This document shows positions 42,301-52,912 of a DNA stretch of 64,000 nt, in pieces (within the stretch, counting starts at the first letter, position 1; every line of letters starts with the position of its first letter). Where the stretch lies: assembly GCA_053919585.1 (NCBI GenBank), contig CM132785.1. The stretch is one strand, 5' to 3'. A model generated the notes under the pieces. It was not told the origin of the DNA and ran no database searches. It worked only from the letters and a program-made list of their open reading frames with translations. The position numbers and the translations under genes were made by a program. Origin of the DNA: Euprymna scolopes. Lineage: Eukaryota.

Positions 42301-45300
42301 AGTTCCTGACAAAGCACAATTACCAAGCATAAGTCAACAATAAATACGCCCCCACTATTCTTGAACAATACATAGAAATAACACATACTATATCGAATGC
42401 AAAGTATTTAGAAGGAAATCTAACCTCCGCGGCCGCCACCCAGACTTTCCAGAGTGTCTCTGGCTTTAACTAGCTCTGAGCTCAATTCTGGAAGAGCTGC
42501 TTCTTCGGCCTCTTCTATCACGCTTTGCAAAGCGCTTATGTCTTTCGATGCGATTGCTTTCTTCAGTTTATCGCGAACACTGGTCGGGCTGGCCCATTCC
42601 GATTCTGCTAAAATTAACAAGAAACCTCCATTGAAACCAGCTAGAGAATGAGCCAGAAAACGAGGCAATAATAAATCAGAATCATTATTATTTCCATAAA
42701 GCAATCACCTAAGAAAGAAATTTGGCAAAATTCAAACTTTATCACCTAACACTGGTTAAGATAACTGGATGAATTTCTAGCGATTAATGTTTGTAAATAA
42801 TGTTAAATCCCGAGTGTGCCCACCTCGTTTTGGAGCCTCTTCCAAGTCTTGTAAAGTATGCCTGGCACGCTGTATGGCAGAGTCGAGTTCAGGCATACCA
42901 GCGGACACACATTCAAGTAAAACAGCCTCCAGACTTTCTCTGTCTCCCTCTCTGATCGCTGTCCTTAACTGATCGTCCAATATGTCAGCTGATAATTTAC
43001 CTAATGTACAAAAGTGAACAACACAAATAACATGAAAAGACCCTGCCTGATGAGAAATACGTCAAATACACAACGTGCGTTAAGAGAAAATTGCAACCAA
43101 TTTACAACAACTGACCTCCACGACCACCTCCCAAATTCTCTAGAACGTCCCTGGCTTTGCGAAGATCAGTCGATAGTTCTGGATATCTGGCAGATTCTGT
43201 TTCCAAAATTGCTTTCTCCAGAGCCTTAATGTCCTTTTGCCTGATAGCCAATGTCAATTGATCACGAAGTGTGTCTGGTAATTTCACATCTGCCCAGAAA
43301 AAAAAATTCATGCCATCAACAGAATTCAATCGCGAAGCTAACTACCAACATTACATTACAAAGAGAGTCGTATTAGAAAATAATCAAATTCCAACAACCA
43401 ACAAAACAATGCAAATCTAACCTCCAGTGCCACCGCGTAGAATATCTGCTACACTTCTGGCCTTCTGGATATCAGCTGCCAGCTCTGGCATTCCGGCTGA
43501 AACACATTCGCTGAGCACTTTGTCCAACACGGTTCTGTCTTTTGCTTTCATCGCCTCGTCCAATTTTGCACGCAGACTGTCAACACTCTTAGTTCCTGAC
43601 AAAGCACAATTACCAAGCATAAGTCAACAATAAATACGCCCCCACTATTCTTGAACAATACATAGAAATAACACATACTATATCGAATGCAAAGTATTTA
43701 GAAGGAAATCTAACCTCCGCGGCCGCCACCCAGACTTTCCAGAGTGTCTCTGGCTTTAACTAGCTCTGAGCTCAATTCTGGAAGAGCTGCTTCTTCGGCC
43801 TCTTCTATCACGCTTTGCAAAGCGCTTATGTCTTTCGATGCGATTGCTTTCTTCAGTTTATCGCGAACACTGGTCGGGCTGGCCCATTCCGATTCTGCTA
43901 AAATTAACAAGAAACCTCCATTGAAACCAGCTAGAGAATGAGCCAGAAAACGAGGCAATAATAAATCAGAATCATTATTATTTCCATAAAGCAATCACCT
44001 AAGAAAGAAATTTGGCAAAATTCAAACTTTATCACCTAACACTGGTTAAGATAACTGGATGAATTTCTAGCGATTAATGTTTGTAAATAATGTTAAATCC
44101 CGAGTGTGCCCACCTCGTTTTGGAGCCTCTTCCAAGTCTTGTAAAGTATGCCTGGCACGCTGTATGGCAGAGTCGAGTTCAGGCATACCAGCGGACACAC
44201 ATTCAAGTAAAACAGCCTCCAGACTTTCTCTGTCTCCCTCTCTGATCGCTGTCCTTAACTGATCGTCCAATATGTCAGCTGATAATTTACCTAATGTACA
44301 AAAGTGAACAATACAAATAACATGAAAAGACCCTGCCTGATGAGAAATACGTCAAATACACAACGTGCGTTAAGAGAAAATTGCAACCAATTTACAACAA
44401 CTGACCTCCACGACCACCTCCCAAATTCTCTAGAACGTCCCTGGCTTTGCGAAGATCAGTCGATAGTTCTGGATATCTGGCAGATTCTGTTTCCAAAATT
44501 GCTTTCTCCAGAGCCTTAATGTCCTTTTGCCTGATCGCCAATGTTAATTCATCCTGAAGTGCGTTAGGAGTTTTTACATCTGTCCAATAATTATGTGGCA
44601 CTATTAATAGAATAAAATCAGAGTCTATTACGGTAACATTTACAATTGAATTACTTTTTTAATCTGGAATTTCATATTTATGAAACATCATGCTGACCTT
44701 CAGGTGCAATGTGTAATTTATCTGTTAATTTCTTTGCTTGCTGCATATCAACGGCTTGTTCAGGTATGTCTGCTGACACACTGACCCTGATTACTTCCTT
44801 TAACACATTTTCGTCTTTTCCTTTCATTGCTTCCACCAATTTATGCCGTAATCGCTCTGTTTCTTCACTCCCTGTTCAAAATACATTTTTATGTTTTATT
44901 ATGACATTTTCACTGTTTGTTTTTCATCAATCTTATGCACATATCTTGTCTTTGTGGGAATTCCTATTTTTAAGTATTTTCACTCAGTCTGTTTGCTTGA
45001 TTTTTACTTACTCTTTTTTGCTTATAAACTAAATCTCGAGTACGGTTGTAGTTTATTTTTTTAAACATCCCTCTATTTCTGTGTCTTTATGTTATTTTAC
45101 GAAAGTAATCCTTTTCGATCGTCAGAAGCAACGATCCGCCTTTGAATTTCCAATAAATGTCTATTAATAATGGTTATCATGTAGAAAAATAAATTCCGGA
45201 GCATAAAAGTCGTTCATTTTTATGGTACATGTTTTAATAAAATTGAGGCGTATACTATTGGAACGACCGTATGACAAAGCGTACTCTGGATGCCTATGCC

Positions 45301-46351
45301 AGCAATCGCTCATCGCTAGCAAAAGTGCATTGGTAATAATGGATACTTTGAAAAAAATCTATGTAGCATAAAATGTCGCTCGTTTTAACGGTATCATTAC
45401 ATCTTTGTAGCTTTTTAACATTTTGATTAAAATAAAATATGATTCTTTACGTGTGGAATGGCCCTCGTATCTGTTATGACATTTATATTTTTACTAGCAG
45501 GTCAGCCCAGCTTTTTGCGGGCCCTATGTACTGTTCATAATTTTATGTGCGTATGTATATATGTATATTAAAAAGTTTGACTCATGTCCATGTATCCTAC
45601 ATCTTAAATTTCAAGTGTTTAGACCCAAAATTGGCGGAGGAGTTTGGTAGAGTCTGCAAAGGTCAACTCTTTCAACTTTGACCTCTTTGCAGCCAAATTT
45701 TTGCCCCAAAATTGAGTAAAAACTTGCTGCTTGTCTGAACACATTATGTAAAATTTCAAATTTTTAGACACAAAATTGGCTGAATAGTTTGCTAGCGACT
45801 TCAAAGGTGAAATGCTTTGAACTTTGAGCCATTGGCAGGCAAATTGTCGCTAAAAACCAGATTAAAAAGCTTGTCCTATGTCTGAATACACTTTGTGTGA
45901 ACTTTCAAATGTTTAGACCAAAAATTGGCTGAGTAATTCGGTAGAGACCGCAGAGATAAAACTTTTTTAACTTTGGCCCTAATTTTGACCCCTTAACATT
46001 TATCGTTTTTGGCTTAAATCAAATTAAAAAGTTTGATCCCTGTCAAAGTAACCTACATCTAAAATTTCAAGTGTTTAGACCCAAAATTGGTGGAGGAGTT
46101 TGGTAGAATAATCAAAGGTCAAATCGTTTAACAACTTTGACAACTAGATTTTCAGCCGAAAATGGATTAAAAAGATTTTCCCAAATCTCAATACCCCTTA
46201 TGTCAAATCTCGAATCTGTAGACTGAAAATTGACAGAGTAGTTTGGTAGGAAAATATACACACATAGAGGAAAATGTACACACACAGACACACAGAGAGT
46301 CAATTTCACTTTTATAGATATATAGATTACTCTTTACATATATATATTTCA

Positions 46352-46420
<69 letters not shown>

Positions 46421-46729
46421 GTCCTTTTCTTTCTCATTTTTTAAATATATTTCTGCAATATTTTATAAAAAAACATCTTATACTTCATTTAGGTTTTATA
46501 TTCATGACATAAATTATGTTCATGTTATTTTTGTAATAACGTAGTTCTCTTTTTTAGCATTTATACATTTTACGATGTATATATATTGTGAAAATTTATT
46601 TTACCTTGTTTTTTTACCCTCCCTCACCTTACAAAATTTAAGTTGAGCACTGTAATCGAACTTATTTCTCCTAATATATTTTCATACTATATATGAAATG
46701 TAAACTCCAATAATTTTATGTTGTTCCTG

Positions 46730-46774
<45 letters not shown>

Positions 46775-47252
46775 ATTTTATGATTCTGTACATGTATATC
46801 TTATGCATAACACAATTATTTTTTCCTAACACCTCTTTATAGACTTGAGTCTTAATGTTGTTAATTGCATGCACCTATTTTTCAACAGAAAGCCATTTGT
46901 TATAAATATTACATTTCAAACCTTTCTCTGTAGTCTCCGTTTGATATAGTGCTTCCCTTGTCCATTGTATTAACATGTCAAGCTCTGGAAGACCTGCCGC
47001 TATAGACTCATTGAGTACAGTTTCCATACAGGTTCCGTCTCCCTCTCCGAGTGCACTTTCCAACTTTCTCCTTAAACTCTCAACTGTTTTTTTCCCTATT
47101 TAAATAAATACGGAGGATATTGTATTTAAAAATTACAGAGGCTCTCATCACACAGATTTATATCTCTCTGCATTAAGAATCTACACGAACTCATATACAT
47201 AGGCACAAATCTCATACACACAAACACACGTATACACACCCACACAAACTCA

Positions 47253-47309
<57 letters not shown>

Positions 47310-48099
47310 GTGTGTGTGTGCGTGTGTCACTTTGTAGTGTGCTTGAGTTCCTTCCTCATAGTTTCCGAAACGACTGAGCCTATCTTTTGCAAATTTCACA
47401 CAAATCTTATTTAAATGTCTGGCAGTGTTCTTAGACATGTTTTATATAGATCTTAATCCGATAAGTATTAAAAATCGAAAAAGTCCGATCTTAAAAAAAG
47501 CTTTTCTTCGTCATAGATAAAAAAAGAATAATTTTTACATGGGAATATTTCTCGTTACATCGGCAAGAGAGATAATAAAATTTCAGCAGATAACTTCTTC
47601 TTGAAAAAAACCCCAGATTAATTATAATTTGGAGATATAGCTTACTGGCAGAGTATTTGACTATAGATCGAATGATTCCCTGTTTAAGCCAGGGTATACC
47701 ACACCATTTTATTATATTTTTTTTATTAATAATGAGTTCACTTTACGATAAAAGAATAGGCAAAATTTAAAATCGCTGCAAATCATTTCTTCGTTTGCAT
47801 ATTTTAAAATTAATCAGAAGTGACTTTTCCAGGGCATTCATCGTCAAGCCAAAATAGCAACTGACGTGATATTGTAAACAAACACAGACGAAATTTGATA
47901 AACGACATTATCATTATTATTTTTTTTTTTTTTTATACATTTTTTTTTTTTTTGCGAATTCGTCGATAAGGTAAATTATTCCTCATAGTATATAATTATT
48001 AATAGAGAATTGATTCTATAATAATACATATGCAATCTGCATAAATTAAAATATCATGTTCAAGCGTATTGCATGACGGGCAACACCGGGCTGCCAGCT

Positions 48100-48155
<56 letters not shown>

Positions 48156-49544
48156 GAATACGTAATAATGCTTATCCTTTAAATTTTACTGGTTTCATGC
48201 ATCATGAATTCATTTAATAGCATTTTATTATCTCATGTACATTTTTAAACGATATTTACATAAAAAAATTAAATATTTGATAAATAATCTGTCAATAAAG
48301 GAAACGATGCAAAAGACAAAATAAAAGGGGGGGAATCTCTTTCTTCTATTCACCCCAAAGGTAGTGAAAATTAAATTAAAAAATAAGCAACTGTTCAAAA
48401 CTGCTTATATATTGCTAAAATAACAACAATAAATATTATATAAAACATTTTCTAAAATTTAGAATCAAGTAGAATATAAAGTTTTTATAAGAATATCCAT
48501 ATATATATCGAGAGCTTTCATAAGAATACTACTAGTGACGTTTCAAAAGTAATGCCGCCAATTATTTTCCGCCCCCCGATTGGATAAAATAGGATTGCAA
48601 GTTGCATTGTATGATAACTGAACTTATGCATTTATAACTTGAAAGTTTTATGTCTCTGTTGCAGATATTAACGGTGCGAGACTAAAAAAGCAACCCTTGT
48701 CATGGACGTGCGCCAGAAGCAAAGTTGCATCCTTGAGTTCCTCTATGTGGAAAAAATTAAACTGATCAACATTCAACGGTGGCTGTTGAACGTTTACGAA
48801 GCCGATGCAGTTGATGTCAGCACAGTTAGGAGATGAGTTCGTCGATTTCAGAATGGCAACAGAGATCTGAGTGACAAAATGCTCTCTGTACTTTTACAAC
48901 AGAGGCATCAAAAGAGCCTGGCAAAAGTGCATTGAACATGATGGTGACTGACTATGTAAATTCTCGAGTCCAAATGTCGCTTGTTTAATGGTGCCACTCT
49001 CGTATTTGCAGCTTTTTAATGTTTTAGGTTTTGGGTAAAAAAATAGAGGCCTTACTTTTGGAACGACTCTGTATTTGTGTGCGCATATGTTTTGCATTAA
49101 GCTGCATTTTAATTACTATAATTTAAGTCTGATATCTTTTTTTTTATTAATAAAAGAAGTCTTCTGGGTTTACAAACCTCCTCGTCCACCACCAATATTT
49201 TCTAGCAGGTCACGAGCCTTGCTTAACTCCATACTCAGTTCTGGGTAGGCAGCATCTTCGAGTTCTTGAATAACACTTGCCAGGCGTTGTTTATTTTTTG
49301 ATCTCATTGCTACTGCGAGTTGATCACCGAGAAGTTGAGGAGTTTTGATATCTGTTTGGCCAAAGTATTCAAAATGTCAGTTGGGATTTCTAACAAATAT
49401 ACGAGCATCATACATTCCCAAATAGAAATGTAAAATATTAGTACTATTAAAGACTAAAATGAACAACTCTACTCTTACCAAAAACATAAACAACTGTTGC
49501 CATAAAAATAATGAATAGATGAATATAATTATATTTAAGTAAAT

Positions 49545-49610
<66 letters not shown>

Positions 49611-52600
49611 GCATGTATATATATAAATTATATTACGGTTAATATTAAACATATCAACCATAATATATACGTTAAACATTATATTATCTATTTTAAGTCA
49701 GATGTTATAAATAATATATAGACACAGTGAAGCATTGGAAATTGTTGCAGAGGTTTCGTTATGTTGTGAGATTGCTAATGAAGCTCTCTGTGTTACATAT
49801 ACAGTGATTATTTTAGTAAACAAAGAAATAGTTCAAATTCTTTGACAGAAATAGATTGTCGTTATTTGATGGCTGCACGTACTGGCAAGTTGAATTCGAC
49901 TTGAAACGCCGGCTCGTATTTCCAACTGAAATTACCTTAACAGTTCAGCGTCCGAATATTGTCACTTTGAGATTAATTTGAAGAAAGTTTTCGTGATTGA
50001 ATTAATGATTCTATTTGAAAGAAAACTTTGAATGGTTATACCAGCTCTAATAGGAAAATATGAGATCTACAAAAACAATATGTTAGAAATAGCCGGAAAA
50101 AAAAGATTGTACGCCCTATCAAGGTCGGATGCAAAGATTTTATTGCCAATTCAACCTTAACATTCTTGAGTAAGCTTGGTTTTTCCCCAAGAGGAAATAT
50201 TTAGAAAAAGAAATATTTTAAAATCCATATGCATAAGCGTGTATATGGAAATCTCACAGAATAAAACAATACAACAAAGCCTGGTAAGATGCTCTGGGCT
50301 AATGCTAATGGTGCTTCGACCCCGAAATTATACCTTCATTCAGTGTTATAATCTCATAAAATCTTTGTTGGAAGCAATGTTGTTGTACAAGGAACAGTTA
50401 TAGTATATGTATTTAATTTTATGCACATCTTTTATTTACAAACATATATACAATATGATTTTAATTACATTTAAAATGCAATAAAATTAATACATTTAAT
50501 ATATAATACAGTAAAAATGTGCTATATGCTGACCTCCTGTTCCACCTTGAAGAATATTTAATGCTTTTCTGGCTTGGAAAATATCTTCATCCAGTTCTAT
50601 CATTCCTAGAGACACACATTCGCTTATTACTTTACTCAGCGTTGATTTGTCTTTAGCCCTCATGGATTGTTTGAGTTTCACTTTCAGACTGTCAATTTTC
50701 TCGAGATCTAAACGACCAATATGAACATATAAACTTTCATGTGATGAACAACAGCAACTATTCTTTTATGAAAAATGTATAGGTACATGAATTCCCTGAG
50801 GATATAAAGTTATCGTATTAAATGATGTTAGATTCAACCACAAAAATCCAGTATAAAATTAATATATCAAAGAATACAAACAAATCGTTATCTTCATCCT
50901 AAATACGTAATTATCTATGACAAACAAATTATTCGGAAATTGACTGAAATGAGAAATATTGTTTTGTTCTCGAAAAGGATCTAACCTTTGGGTATTCCTC
51001 CCATACTTTTAAGTGTTTCTCTTGCTTTCCGAATATCCGAACCGAGTTCTGGATATCCCATCGCTGTAGCCTCTTCGATTGCCGCGTCCAAAGAGTCTAT
51101 ATCCTTGAGTCTAATTGCTGTTCTTAGTTGATCGCGAAGTGAAGACGGAGTAGGTGACATCATTTCTGAGAATAGGAAATAATGAAATAATGCAAGTATA
51201 TTTCGTTCGTTAGAATTTTTCATGGATTTGTAGCAGATATAAAGACATTATAACCTGGAATGTTTAATAACATCTTAAAATTAAATATTTCTAAAGAAGT
51301 AATGAATTCTATTGCCGACAAATAGTTTTAATGTTTAATTAGATTAAAAAAAAACCTTAATCGATTTTTTTATATCACCAGCTATTTACCTTCCAAAGAG
51401 TATTAATGTCTTGGCAAACAAATTATGAATGATAATGATCCTAGATATATTTAAACTACAGTAAATGTAGTAATTTTCTTGTTAATTTCACAATGTTCCT
51501 CAGTAATAATTTGACCTATGTATCAAACAATAATAAACCCAGGAATCTACTCGCGAATACCACAGTGTTCGTGAAAAAAAAAATTTCCAACAAGTACTCA
51601 GTTTATTGTTGTTTAAATGAGCACCCCTTTCTGCCAATTGGACCCTTGGCAGAAGAACAAAGATATAGACATAAGACTGATTAAAATTATGAACATATTC
51701 AAAATATGAACACAATATGACGAGAAAAGGTAATGGTACACAAGTCTAATAGGAAAGTTCTGAACTATAGTCAGAATTTGTCATACCTTCAAAGACAATT
51801 ATCTGCTTCGCCTTTCGCTTATCATCTTCGACATCTTCAAGAATATCGCGGGCCCGTTTGATATAAAGTTCCAACTCGGGTATGTTTGCAAGAATGCATT
51901 CATTAATGATCCCTTCTAAGTTGTCTTTGTCACCGTCTTTAATAGCAAGCCTTAATTTCTCGCGTAAAATATGAGTCACGTTATCATCTGGATTAATGTG
52001 TAAAAGAGGCAAAGAATAGAATCAAATAAAGCTATAAGAAATTTAAAAAAAGATAAACTTAAGGGGGGATGTAAAATGTTTAGTGTGTTGTGTTATCAAT
52101 TAAATCTAAAATGGAAGGAGGCAGATACAAATTTTCTGAACATCGTTATTGATAATTTATTAGTTTTGACGTGACGTTTCATTGGAAATAGCAGAAATCT
52201 CATTAGGGTAAATTAGAACTTTGAATATAATGGCTGAGAAGATAAGGTAAATGAAAAGTTTGAAAGAAAGTCAACAAAAATGGGTCAGATAACACCATTT
52301 TTGAGAGTAGAAAATCGATGTTACAAACTTTACAATATACATCGTTTAAGACGTTATATATTGATGAAGTTAATGCAAGCTTTAATTCTGATTTCCGTCT
52401 AAAAAGCATAATTTGTGACGAGCAAGAATAAGAATGCTAAGCTTTGAAGGAATTGTATATCATTAATTATGTTAGATCAAAGAAGGAAGAGGGAATAAAC
52501 GAGGTAAATAGTAAGCAATCAAAAGTCACAAGTAAAACAACAGCATAACTCTGAAGAGCGAACCTTTTTGTGAAGATGGTTCCATGGTTTTGATGATGTC

Positions 52601-52740
52601 TCGGGCGCGTTGTATATCGGAATTTAATTCATTAAACCCATGCGAAACACACTGATTAATGATGTTCTCGACCATGTCTCGGTCTCCGATGCAAAGACCA
52701 TGTTCAAGTTTACGACGCAATTCATCAGCGGTGATTGTGT
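154..52740 (-). CDS. Giant multi-exon helical-repeat protein, internal segment (142 exons, ~8,350 aa if all are spliced in order; continues past the left window edge)
   Basis: Exons are bounded by AG acceptors and GT donors, are phase 1 on both sides, and are 174/177/180(183)/201 nt long. No in-frame stop is seen in the exon translations. One ~58-60 aa module per exon. The last exon seen (154-333) still ends in a donor (G|GTTAG). Confidence 0.88.
692..836. mobile_element. Small inverted-repeat (MITE-like) relic with a duplicated arm
   Basis: tccaaaattaaccacctattttga (702-725) pairs with tcaaaatagatggttaatttttgga (740-764). TA-rich flanks. The right arm is repeated at ~802-836. Confidence 0.55.
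1041..1115 (+). mobile_element. Possible decayed tRNA-derived SINE head
   Basis: A-box-like tggtaaagcattcgcc and B-box-like gagttcaaatc, about 45 nt apart. Confidence 0.3.
1348..1524 (-). CDS. Exon, class D module (GQLSADTLRDQLRSAIREGD...ETPKR), 177 nt
   Basis: Acceptor cttcAG at 1526-1525; donor GTGGGC at 1347. Confidence 0.9.
1636..1809 (-). CDS. Exon, class C module (DVKLPDTLRDQLALAINDKD...ENLGGGRG), 174 nt
   Basis: Acceptor gggcAG at 1811-1810; donor GTCAGT at 1635. Confidence 0.9.
1942..2115 (-). CDS. Exon, class B module (GTKRADFLHNKLNEAMKRKD...ILRGGTG), 174 nt; not in the ORF track on this strand
   Basis: Acceptor taccAG at 2117-2116; donor GTTAG at 1941; hand translation is open. 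Confidence 0.88.
2225..2404 (-). CDS. Exon, class A module (ETILVNPDTLREKIRKSIASKD...), 180 nt
   Basis: Acceptor ttttAG at 2406-2405; donor GTTAG at 2224. Confidence 0.9.
2960..3136 (-). CDS. Exon, class D module (GKLSAVTLRDQLKSAIREGD...DDAPKR), 177 nt
   Basis: Acceptor cattAG at 3138-3137; donor GTTTG at 2959. Confidence 0.88.
3252..3425 (-). CDS. Array-1 class C exon (representative; in each unit = C-ORF track start +14 to +187)
   Basis: AG/GTCAG boundaries, 174 nt, DVKLPDTLRDQLTLAIRQK...ARYPELSTDLRKAR...GGGRG. Confidence 0.9.
3557..3730 (-). CDS. Array-1 class B exon (representative; B-ORF start +5 to +178)
   Basis: AG/GTTAG boundaries, 174 nt, GTKSVDSLRAKLDEAMKAKD...ECVSAGMPELAADIQKAR. 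Confidence 0.9.
3850..4032 (-). CDS. Array-1 class A exon (representative; A-ORF start +5 to +187, or +184 with the second AG)
   Basis: Tandem acceptor ttttAGcAG, donor GTTAG; 183 or 180 nt; (A)ESEWASPTSVRDKLKKAIASKD...ESLGGGRG. Confidence 0.88.
4249..4425 (-). CDS. Array-1 class D exon (representative; D-ORF start +47 to +223)
   Basis: AG/GTGGGC boundaries, 177 nt, GKLSADILDDQLRTAIREGD...ECVSAGMPELDSAIQRAR...EEAPKR. Confidence 0.9.
44406..44579 (-). CDS. Chimeric class C exon at the transcriptional start of array 1 (DVKTPNALQDEL, then array-type TLAIRQKD...)
   Basis: Acceptor ggacAG at 44581-44580; donor GTCAG at 44405; 174 nt. Confidence 0.9.
44698..44871 (-). CDS. Diverged class B exon (GSEETERLRHKLVEAMKGKDENVLKEVIRVSVSADIPEQAVDMQQAKKLTDKLHIAPE); missed by the ORF track
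   Basis: Acceptor gaacAG at 44873-44872; donor GTCAG at 44697; 174 nt, open frame, module consensus retained. Confidence 0.8.
45494..46326 (-). mobile_element. Non-autonomous Helitron-like element
   Basis: On the minus strand: A|TCTATATATCTATAAAAG 5' end at 46326, subterminal GCCC...GGGC hairpin, and CTAG|T 3' end at 45494. Internal ~45-bp repeats (tttcaagtgtttagacccaaaattgg...gagtttggtaga) at ~45609, ~45903 and ~46064. Confidence 0.65.
46356..46417. repeat. (TA)n microsatellite
   Basis: Direct reading. Confidence 0.95.
46730..46774. repeat. (CA)n(TA)n compound microsatellite
   Basis: Direct reading. Confidence 0.9.
46922..47095 (-). CDS. Diverged class D exon (GKKTVESLRRKLESALGEGD...ETTEK), 174 nt
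   Basis: Acceptor aaatAG at 47097-47096; donor GTTTG at 46921. Confidence 0.8.
47255..48101 (+). mobile_element. Probable degenerate non-autonomous Helitron-like element (5' end obscured by (TA)n)
   Basis: Begins with (TA)n and (GT)n. Ends with cgggcaacaccgggctgccagCTTG|T, resembling the hairpin-plus-CTAG 3' end of Helitrons. Confidence 0.45.
47631..47702 (+). pseudogene. Degenerate tRNA-Cys-like sequence (pseudogene or SINE head)
   Basis: ggagatatagcttactggcagagtatttgactatagatcgaatgattccctgtttaagccagggtatacc aligns without gaps to metazoan tRNA-Cys(GCA) as I recall it. The anticodon position reads ATA and the T-loop is mutated. Confidence 0.6.
48102..48149. repeat. (TA)n microsatellite
   Basis: Direct reading. 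Confidence 0.95.
48532..49071 (+). mobile_element. Internally deleted, non-autonomous mariner (Tc1/mariner) element
   Basis: Imperfect TIRs (left ...gacgtttcaaaagtaatgcc; right ggccttacttttggaacgactctg) with flanking TA. From ATG 48702 it reads MDVRQKQSCILEFL...IQRWLLNVYEADAVDVSTVRR*VRRFQNGNRDLSD (mariner N-terminal HTH), joined directly to FYNRGIK..WQKCIEHDGD (mariner C-terminus). The catalytic core is absent. Confidence 0.85.
49178..49351 (-). CDS. Diverged class C exon (DIKTPQLLGDQLAVAMRSKNKQRLASVIQELEDAAYPELSMELSKARDLLENIGGGRG); missed by the ORF track
   Basis: Acceptor aaacAG at 49353-49352; donor GTTTG at 49177; 174 nt, open frame. Confidence 0.85.
49546..49608. repeat. (CA)n microsatellite
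   Basis: Direct reading. Confidence 0.95.
50534..50707 (-). CDS. Diverged class B exon (DLEKIDSLKVKLKQSMRAKD...ILQGGTG), 174 nt
   Basis: Acceptor gtttAG at 50709-50708; donor GTCAG at 50533. Confidence 0.87.
50986..51165 (-). CDS. Diverged class A exon (EMMSPTPSSLRDQLRTAIRLKD...MGGIPK), 180 nt
   Basis: Acceptor ttctcAG at 51167-51166; donor GTTAG at 50985. Confidence 0.87.
51787..51987 (-). CDS. Extended class D exon (DDNVTHILREKLRLAIKDGD...VEDDKRKAKQIIVFE), 201 nt
   Basis: Acceptor atccAG at 51989-51988; donor GTATGA at 51786; 67 codons. Confidence 0.8.
52564..52740 (-). CDS. Diverged class D exon (DTITADELRRKLEHGLCIGD...EPSSQK), 177 nt
   Basis: Acceptor ctttAG at 52742-52741; donor GTTCG at 52563. 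Confidence 0.82.
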
Positions 52741-52850
52741 CTAAAGTACGAAATTGTCAAAATTTATTGAATATTTAGGGAATATTAAAAAAGATGAGAC
52801 TGAATAAAATCATAAAAATGTACTTTTAAAAACCGGTGAAATATTGACAA

Positions 52851-52901
<51 letters not shown>

Positions 52902-52912
52902 AATAATAATAT
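52851..52912. repeat. (ATT)n/(TAA)n microsatellite
   Basis: Direct reading. Confidence 0.92.

Larger units (their letters stand above)
3120..44535. repeat. Tandem array 1: 32 near-identical units of 1283/1284/1290 bp, each with 4 exons and 4 introns
   Basis: The A-class ORF recurs 32 times (3845, 5128, 6418 ... 43710). Unit = exons 174+177+183+174 plus introns 115+216+119+125 = 1283. The 1290-bp units carry a 7-bp insertion in the B-to-C intron. Confidence 0.97.

Noticed and set aside
3120-44535. CRISPR array, rDNA/histone cluster or non-coding satellite
   Set aside because: There is no short repeat with unique spacers and no rRNA or histone similarity. The unit has exon-intron structure with preserved frames.
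3120-44535. Dscam-like mutually exclusive exon cassette for diversity
   Set aside because: Copies are nearly identical and interleaved as C-D-A-B rather than clustered by class, so little diversity would result. Constitutive concatenation is more parsimonious, though skipping is not excluded.
3238-44601. Reading the minus-strand ORFs as an operon-like array of separate 65-95 aa genes
   Set aside because: Most ORF starts are non-ATG codons or lie in introns. The N-terminal extensions are unconserved polypyrimidine-tract translations, and homology begins and ends exactly at AG and GT.
45100-45470. Possible DNA-transposon relic ending ...ggaatggccctcgta
   Set aside because: One TIR-like end only, and no matching partner found.
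45619-46309. ORFs 45619-45804 and 46112-46309
   Set aside because: They lie inside the Helitron-like element, with no Rep/helicase motifs and no similarity to the module.
46600-46730. Possible remnant of the missing exon (tcAG GAACAACATAA... on the minus strand)
   Set aside because: There is an immediate in-frame stop and no recognisable module motif.
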